Origin: Octopus bimaculoides | Lineage: Eukaryota | Direction of reading: 5' to 3' | NCBI RefSeq assembly: GCF_001194135.2 | Contig: NC_068992.1 | Coordinates: forward strand, 63,345,821 to 63,404,150 | DNA length: 58,330 nt | Part shown: one piece after another, positions 50,794 through 58,330 of the stretch | Position numbering within the stretch: the first letter of the stretch is position 1 | Layout: each line of letters begins with the position of its first letter | Notes under the pieces: generated by a model | What the model was told of the DNA's origin: nothing | Seen by the model: the letters and a program-made list of their open reading frames with translations, nothing else | Database searches by the model: none | Position numbers and translations under genes: made by a program

Positions 50794-51720
50794 TATATAT
50801 ATATATATAGTGAGAATTTACAAAAAACAAAAGACGAAGATGGGCATGTAAACAACAAACAGATGTATTAGTTTAGCGCTCAGGCAGTGAGAAAGACTTT
50901 TACATTTCGAGCCTGCGCTCTTTGACAGAAAGTAACACAGAAAAAAATAGGGAGAGAAAATAGGAAAAGGTATAGTGGCTAGCAATCCATCATGGCAAAT
51001 GCCGGACAGAGGGGTCACACAGGAGAGCTAGGAAGAAGGAGAGATAATAAAGTAGTGGTGATCCCAAAACGAAGGTGCAGGTGTGTGGATGATGGTGTAG
51101 GTGCTAGGAAGTGGTCAGTACTAGTGTGGGTGCTGGGTGGTAGTCAGTGCTAGTGTGTGCAGGGTGGGATGGGGTGAGATGTATAGGGATGGTGGGTTTG
51201 GAATACGTAGGGATGGGGTATGTATGTATAGAGTTCTGTTCCATTATTGCAAGGATCAACAAAAAAGTACTCCATTCAGCAAGAGATAATTATTATTTAA
51301 TATGCTGGTATTCGCATGTGAGCTACTGTAAGTTTTATGGTTGGTTAATGTAGTAGTTGAACTGGCTTGCATGGCATACGATGTCCTACCTTGGAATCAT
51401 TCAAGCTCCAATATATAATAAGTGCAAGCATGGTAACCAGCAGGCTGTAGGGCTGGTTTGAGCTCCAGTATCATTTTGGCATGATTTCTGTGGCTGGATG
51501 TCCTTCCCAATGCTAACCACATCTGGTCATGGAGAGATATTACCTTACTTGGAAACAGGTGATGGTTGGTGACAGGAAGGGCATCCAGTCATAGAAAGTG
51601 TGCCTCAACAAATTCTGTCTGACCCATGCAAGCATGGATAAAGAGGATGACAATGATGATTGTGTGTGTGTGTGGTTTTGTGTATTTATCTATATGTAAA
51701 TAACTTGTTTATTCTTACAG

Positions 51721-52010
51721 CAAAGAATGAGGAACAGTCTACGGAAAAACCGAAATCTAATGATGCCAAACCAAATGCCACCACCAAACCTGTGAATAAC
51801 ACCCCCAACAACAAACAAATAAACAAAAGCAACCACGCAAAACCTAAATCGAATCCTGCCAAGGCTCGAGGGACAAAGCGTAAACATGAAGAAAGTGACG
51901 ACAAAAACAAGAACAACAACAGAAACAAATGGAAGAAAAAGAAGGTTGGTCAAGTAAAGAAATTCAAGACTCCTAGGAAGAAATTCATCCGAAAAACACC
52001 GCAGAAATAA
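51721..52010 (+). CDS. NOP2: NOP2 exon 17 (K/N-rich basic C-terminal tail to TAA)
   Basis: Acceptor cttacag; phase 1 continues into the 51660-52010 ORF (RGTKRKH, WKKKK). Poorly conserved, as expected for the NOP2 tail. Confidence 0.88.
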
Positions 52011-52119
52011 CAAAATATTAGGAACATTTATTCACATTCTTCATCTAAAAATATCCAGAACATGAACTTGTATTATGGCTCCTCAACAGAAAATGGAATT
52101 TTTTTTTTTCTTGCTGCAA

Positions 52120-52125
52120 AATAAA
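52120..52125 (+). terminator. Candidate polyadenylation signal for NOP2
   Basis: AATAAA about 110 nt after the stop codon. The sequence is AT-rich, so this may be chance. Confidence 0.3.
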
Positions 52126-52138
52126 TTTTGTAAAATTG

Positions 52139-52141
<3 letters not shown>

Positions 52142-52231
<90 letters not shown>

Positions 52232-52250
52232 TATGTACATATATATATGT
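52142..52250. repeat. (TA)n microsatellite downstream of the NOP2 stop
   Basis: Long TA run. Many similar TA, CA, GA and trinucleotide tracts occur across the window. Confidence 0.97.
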
Positions 52251-54938
52251 ATATTCCCATAATTACAGAGTAAACAAAGAAAATTACATGGAAAATTGTT
52301 TATGGAATTTATTCTTTTATGAGTTTTTCAATTTTAGTGCTGGCCATGGGTCTTGATTGGTTTTCCAAAACCCCCTCTCCCTAGGTATAGCTGTGTGGTT
52401 AAGAAGCTTGGTTTCCTGCCATGTAGTTTTGGGTTCAACCCCAATGTCAAACCAAGGGCAAAGTGTCTGGTGTGTAGAAACTGAAAGAAGGGCATCTCAC
52501 GTACACATGTATGTGTGTGTGTATTCTTGTATGTTTGTATTTTCTTGCAATTGTTGTCATTCATTTTGAATATTCGACAAAATCATGGTTGTCCATGGTA
52601 GGCAATATTAACATACTTGGAAACAGGTAAGATTTGGTGGTAGGTGGGTTAGTTGTCTCAACTCAATCTGATGCAAGCAAGCATGGAATAGTGAACATTA
52701 CAACAATGGTGATAATTATCATCATCATCATTTAACGTCTGTTGCCCATGCTGGCATGGGTTGGATGGTTTGACTAGGGCTGGAAGGCTGCACCAGACTC
52801 CAGTCTGATTTGGCATGGTTTTCTACAACTGGATGCCCTTCCTAAAGCCAACCACTCTGAGAGTGTAATGGGTGCTTTTATGTGCCACCGGCACAGGTGC
52901 CATTTGCGCAACACCATGACTGTGATTTTGCTTGGTTTGGTGAGTCATCTTCTCAAGCACAACATAATGCCAATGGTTTTGATCTACGAAAAACTGTTTT
53001 TGCAAACTTTGGTGTAAATATTTTTAACATCAAACGTGTCAACTTGGTAAACGCATGCAACAATGTATTCTTCAATATGCTGAAAAAACCAGCCTAACAC
53101 TATAAAATAATGGCCATGTTTGAACAATCTAGTTCCTGATATACAAACATTGATTTTATCTTGAGTGGCCCTCATCCACAGTAGTTTCTCTCTCACAAGT
53201 GATCTGCCAACTTAACTGCAACAACAAAGTTTTCTCTTGCCAACCATGGAAGGCTTCTGTTGGTCACACGACTTATTAGCTATAGCAGTTGAGTTTGTGG
53301 CTGTGTGGTAAGAAGCTTGGTTCTGAGTTCAATGCCACTGCGTGACGTCTTGGGTTATTGTCTCAGGTTGACCAAAACCTTGTGAGTGGATTTGGTCCAT
53401 GGAAACTGAAAGAAGCCTGCCATGTATATATATATATATATCTGGAACAGTGGATTGAGAAGCAAGGAAGGCTATAAATAATAGCCTGTAAATACAGGAT
53501 TAAAAACCTTTGGATAGAAAAAGTTGAAGGCTGTCTGTGGGACACGAACCCACAGTTTATTTATTTATCCGTTTTCTCTTTTCTATTTGACTTCTATATC
53601 TCTCACTCTCATCTATCTTGTTTCTCTTTTTCATTTCTTTCTCTGCCAATTGCTTTCCTGTTTTCCTATCAAAATGCCATCTGCCTGTCTTTGGAAATTA
53701 GTTCTCTAACTTAATGTAATGCGTTTCCTTGATGATCCTTTTTGGTTAAGCATCCAAATGCACTTGGAACATCAAATGCAGGATTACAAGCTACCTGAAA
53801 CGTACGTAGGAACTAATAACATAAACTTGTGTTTATCTTAATCTCTCCTACATTTGTTGTGTATTTCATAACTAATCATACTACATAATATCGTTGCTAT
53901 TATGTTAAACTGTCGTATGTCCAAATTTGGCCAAATGCGTTTTTTTCAATATTTATTTTTGCTTGCAATAGCCAGTTCTCTTGGTCAAACTATCGTAAAC
54001 CCCAGCTGCTTCAGATGTCAAAGCGTAATACAACGGTTTTGCTATGGATTGGTGGAACTACTTTTTCGTTTTCTGAAAAAAAAAGAAAAAAAAGCAACGT
54101 TTTGGACTTAGGACACTTTTGCATAATAGCAATAATATATACTGGAACATGAAAGTCTACGTGGAACTCCAAAGATAACAGAAGTAGTACATCTGTTTGT
54201 ACACACAGGATATGATGTGTGTGTGTTTCATAATAAGCTTGTGTTGCGCTACAGACCCTGCATCAGCTGTCATATAAAAATCTCAACGATTTCAGCATCT
54301 TTCAACAGAACCGTTCCTTCGAGTGCTACGGTTAGTGTGGTGTACTGTTGTCTTCCTTGTGTATAAGAACGCTAGGAGAAAGGTATTCTTTCTCTCTCTC
54401 ACAGTCTTTCTGTCTCACTCTCTCATGTCTGTCTGTCTGTCTCTCTCTCTATATGTATATGCGTGTGTGTCTATATATAGCTTGTATTGTGAAACACTCT
54501 CATCAAAAGGTTACAATGGCTTCGAAATCTTCCGACAGAACCGCTCCTCCTACCGGCACCAAGAAGCATTGATGCTACCAAAAAAAAAAAAAAAAAAAAT
54601 AGTCTGAGTTATATGGGTCTACACTAATGCAATTTCTCCCTTGTCATCGATGCAGCCCTAGCAGTAATCTTGAGTACAGCTGCAACCATCCCGACCATGT
54701 AGGGATTATTTTGTCCACTAAGGAATTGTTCTTTGCTCTGAGCTTTTTGCCTTCTCAGACCAACACATGCCACATCCACGCTGAAGCATTTTCCATTTCC
54801 TTCTCTAACATGCATGGTTCGAACTTTTGCTTCCTTAGACTTTATATTCTAAAATAAACTAAAGCCAAAATTGCCAACAATTTCTTTGCAATACTTCATA
54901 AAGGATGACCTGACATCTAATGCATCATTGATATAGAC

Positions 54939-55351
54939 CAGTGTTTCCCAACGTTTTTTTTTTTTTTTCCCCGGTGCCCATCAACATTTTTTTTTAATAT
55001 AGAAACANNNNNNNNNNCCGGTGCCCATCAACATTTTTTTTTAATATAGAAACACAATCTTCAATTACCCAAGTGACGGATACCTTTTATAAACGCTGGA
55101 CACTGGACAATAGATATTGAAGCAGAGAAACAAATGCAGATACCTCACTCAGTGTGCTGATTGGTCATAGCTACATCGATCCCCATGGTTTAAGTATGAA
55201 TATTGCATGACAATTTTTTTTTTTCATTTCAATGTACAAAGATAGGCTTAGGGTGAACGAGTGTACGCTCAAGTCACTTGCAAAATTTTCACAACCTACA
55301 CTAACGCATGTCCCACTCCAGTTTTCCCACACCCCACGTTGGGAAGCACTG
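54939..55351. mobile_element. hAT-type MITE with a perfect 8-bp target-site duplication
   Basis: ATATAGAC|CAGTGTTTCCCAAC ... GTTGGGAAGCACTG|ATATAGAC gives 14-bp imperfect TIRs and an identical 8-bp TSD (54931-54938 and 55352-55359). Confidence 0.9.
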
Positions 55352-55359
55352 ATATAGAC

Positions 55360-55941
55360 AGTTGTTCATTGGTATACTGTCTGGTACCCTTATAGGGGAC
55401 TTCATCCAATTTTGGAATCCCTCTTGTATGCTGAAACCACTCAACTTTCCACCTTAGGTATTTATTTCCTTTTTATCTCGTTCATATTATCAGATACCAT
55501 CGTATATATACCTCTTAAAGTTTAAGTCACTTCTTAATCGTAACTCATGCCCTAATATCATTAGATTTTACTTGTTACAAATGACAAAATTCCCCTCAAC
55601 CTTATCCACCAGAACTATAATGCATTTATCTCGCAATGCACTGATATATCCTTTATAGGGGAAAATAAGAAAGCTTCTGACAAGGCGGGAAGTTATACAA
55701 AAACCGTTATATTTCAGGCACAAAGGCTCATCTTCAGAAGGAAACAGTCTGGCAATTGTCCAATTACACAACCTCTGTTATCCTACTTAAACTCGTCGGC
55801 GTTATGTTAGCAGCAGTAGTAAACATAATGCTGTGTAACTGGACATTCCCCCAGACTGTTTCCTTCTGAGGATGCGACTTTATGTCTGAAACAAAGGATT
55901 CTGTAAGACTTCACATTGTCAGAAACTTTCTTATTTCCCCC
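55360..55941 (-). mobile_element. Penelope-like element remnant with inverted pseudo-LTR-like repeats
   Basis: Minus-strand ALRDKCIIVLVDKVEGNFVICNK and GIPKLDEVPYK resemble PLE RT N-terminal motifs (I..DK..N....K; IPK.HK.P.K). It is flanked by a diverging inverted pair at 55657-55752 and 55851-55941. Confidence 0.6.
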
Positions 55942-56081
55942 TTTCCTCTCCCTTCCTCGGTACTGCAATGTTTCAAGCGAACTGCAACGTTTTTATATTT
56001 AAGTTCTTGTTCACTATCCTCCTGTTCATCTTTCTAATACGTTCCAGTGACAACGCGGTTACACTTTTTCTCTAGTTTTCA

Positions 56082-56114
<33 letters not shown>

Positions 56115-57663
56115 GGTATAAGAAGTTTGCTTCCCAACCTATTGGTTCCGGGTTCAGTGAGCCACCTTGGGCAAGTGTCTTCTATAGCCACGAGCCGACC
56201 AAAGCCTTATGAGTGGATTCGGTAGACGGAAACTGAAAGAGGCCCGTCGTATATATGTGTGTGTTTGAGTCTATGCTTATCTCCCACCACCGCTTGGCAA
56301 CCGGTGTTGTTGGTTCACCTCCCCGTAAGTTTGAAGTTCGGCAAAAGAGACCGATAGAATAAGTACCAGGCTTAAAAAAGAACTGGTGTCCATTCGTTCG
56401 GCTAAACTTCTTCAAGGAGGCGTCCTCAGCATGACTGCAACCAGTAATATATACATACATACATGAAAACTCCGAATGACCCGTCCTTGTTTTCATTGTA
56501 TCGTCTATCTGGATGTTTTGTTGTCCCTACAGCGGCGTACGTACACTTTGGTCTCTTATATTTCTGTCTATCAGCCCTTTCACGCTTATTCATTCATTCC
56601 ACTCTTCGTTCTTTCGTTCCCCCTCTCTCACATTTCCCTGTCTTCTCTTCCTGCTCACTTTCCCTCCACTTTTCACTTCACTGTGACCTTGTCATTTTTT
56701 CTCTCCCCTCCTTAATCTTCTGTCCCTCTACCTCTACCTCTCTCTCTTCTCTCCCCACGTGACCAGTGTTCAGTCAAGACTGATCTTTCTTGGTTCAGCC
56801 GTCGTCCGTGCAACATCTATATTCCTCCCTGTGCCTGTGAAATCTTGTATCCCTGCCCTAAGGCTTTATTTCCACACGCACTAGCTTAATTTAATTCGTC
56901 CTTAGTCGAAAGACACATGTTGTTATGTCCTGNNNNNNNNNNAATGACCCGTCCTTGTTTTCATTGTATCGTCTATCTGGATGTTTTGTTGTCCCTACAG
57001 CGGCGTACGTACACTTTGGTCTCTTATATTTCTGTCTATCAGCCCTTTCACGCTTATTCATTCATTCCACTCTTCGTTCTTTCGTTCCCCCTCTCTCACA
57101 TTTCCCTGTCTTCTCTTCCTGCTCACTTTCCCTCCACTTTTCACTTCACTGTGACCTTGTCATTTTTNNNNNNNNNNNNNNNNNNNNNNNNNNNNNNNNN
57201 NNNNNNNNNNNNNNNNNNNNNNNNNNNNNNNNNNNNNNNNNNNNNNNNNNNNNNNNNNNNNNNNNNNNNNNNNNNNNNNNNNNNNNNNNNNNNNNNNNNN
57301 NNNNNNNNNNNNNNNNNNNNNNNNNNNNNNNNNNNNNNNNNNNNNNNNNNNNNNNNNNNNNNNNNNNNNNNNNNNNNNNNNNNNNNNNNNNNNNNNNNNN
57401 NNNNNNNNNNNNNNNNNNNNNNNNNNNNNNNNNNNNNNNNNNNNNNNNNNNNNNNNNNNNNNNNNNNNNNNNNNNNNNNNNNNNNNNNNNNNNNNNNNNN
57501 NNNNNNNNNNNNNNNNNNNNNNNNNNNNNNNNNNNNNNNNNNNNNNNNNNNNNNNNNNNNNNNNNNNNNNNNNNNNNNNNNNNNNNNNNNNNNNNNNNNN
57601 NNNNNNNNNNNNNNNNNNNNNNNNNNNNNNNNNNNNNNNNNNNNNNNNNNNNNNNNNNNNNNN

Positions 57664-57695
<32 letters not shown>

Positions 57696-58090
57696 GGATA
57701 TGTGTGTGTATTTGTGTATGTATATGTATTGTAATAGAGTGGGATCTCGACAAATGTCATTGTTGGATTTTTTGGGGGTTTTTGGGGGTTTTTTTGCTTT
57801 TTTAATCCGATATAGATAATTTCGTGTCATCTATCCAGCTCGATTGGGTGCTCGGAATTGACATTATAGCAGTTCGAATTTCAGTTAACTTTTCGTACAA
57901 TTTGTTCCAGTCACCATGAAGAATGTTGTAGGCATTTTTCGTGATATCGTGCTGTGCCTTCTCGCTCTTCACCTGATCTTGAAGTTCATCTATCTACAAA
58001 AAGAAAACCACGAAACGTTTACAAATGTTATCGATCATTTTTACTGTACTTTCCGCCATACAAGTCAACATATTATTTAGTATAAACATA

Positions 58091-58275
58091 TACGAAAGGG
58101 TCCTGAAAAGTTCCTGGCTTTAGATAAAAGAAAATACAGGTGGATCAGTTGATCATGATTTTATTGAACATATTCCCTTCTCAGATTCATACACTTATTG
58201 CAGCGATCCTTCAGTTTTTCTAAGCCCTGTAAAAGAACCCTGGATGTTGGGCCTCCAACCAGCCATTTCGTATTT
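58091..58275 (+). mobile_element. mariner-like left-end fragment
   Basis: TA-CGAAAGGGTCCTGAAAAGTTCCTGGCT resembles mariner TIRs (TACGAGGG..TGAAAAGTTC). Truncated, with no transposase ORF. Confidence 0.55.
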
Positions 58276-58286
58276 TGGCACCCTCT

Positions 58287-58330
<44 letters not shown>

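Larger units (their letters stand above)
22302..52010 (+). other. NOP2: NOP2/NSUN1 (NOL1, p120) rRNA cytosine-C5 methyltransferase gene, 17 coding exons, 686 aa
   Basis: Exons sum to 2061 nt (686 codons plus TAA) with consistent phases. The protein starts MGRKRD..GPGRK and has an acidic tract, SAM motif DMAAAPGGKT, motif IV DAPCSGTG, motif [21 protein letters not shown] and a basic tail, matching the RsmB/NOP2 family. Confidence 0.98.

Noticed and set aside
54515-54599. Short ORF MASKSSDRTAPPTGTKKH* followed by A20, resembling a retrocopy
   Set aside because: No TSD or recognisable parent gene, and A-runs are common in this window.
54970-55050. Direct repeat inside the hAT MITE
   Set aside because: It flanks a 10-N gap and is an assembly overlap artefact.
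56476-57166. About 220-nt duplicated segment (56476 versus 56943)
   Set aside because: Identical copies beside small gaps are most likely an assembly artefact.
1-58330. CRISPR arrays, rRNA or bona fide tRNA genes
   Set aside because: No regular repeat-spacer pattern or rRNA segment was seen. The tRNA-like GTTC boxes belong to SINE heads lacking a full cloverleaf.

Overview
Eukaryotic, AT-rich, repeat-dense draft-assembly DNA with ten N-gaps. Intron sizes, microsatellite load and repeat families suggest an octopus/cephalopod (inference). The window holds two intron-rich genes arranged head-to-head. (1) Minus strand: a GLT8D1/GLT8D2-like family-8 glycosyltransferase with 8 coding exons from ATG 18787 down to 631 (297 codons in window); its last exon(s) lie beyond position 1. 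(2) Plus strand: a complete NOP2/NSUN1 rRNA m5C methyltransferase with 17 coding exons, 22302-52010, 686 aa by manual splicing. The NOP2 frame can only be completed through a U12-type AT-AC intron (33825-37090), apparently at the same position as the prototype AT-AC intron of human NOP2/P120. The rest is decayed transposons (Penelope-like, RTE LINE, Tc1/mariner, hAT and TTAA MITEs, Helentron-like), SINE-like repeats and microsatellites. Several Penelope-type, hammerhead-like motifs are visible but all have degenerate cores or stems. I found no support for a wholly new protein system. All calls come from manual reading and recalled family motifs, without database searches.
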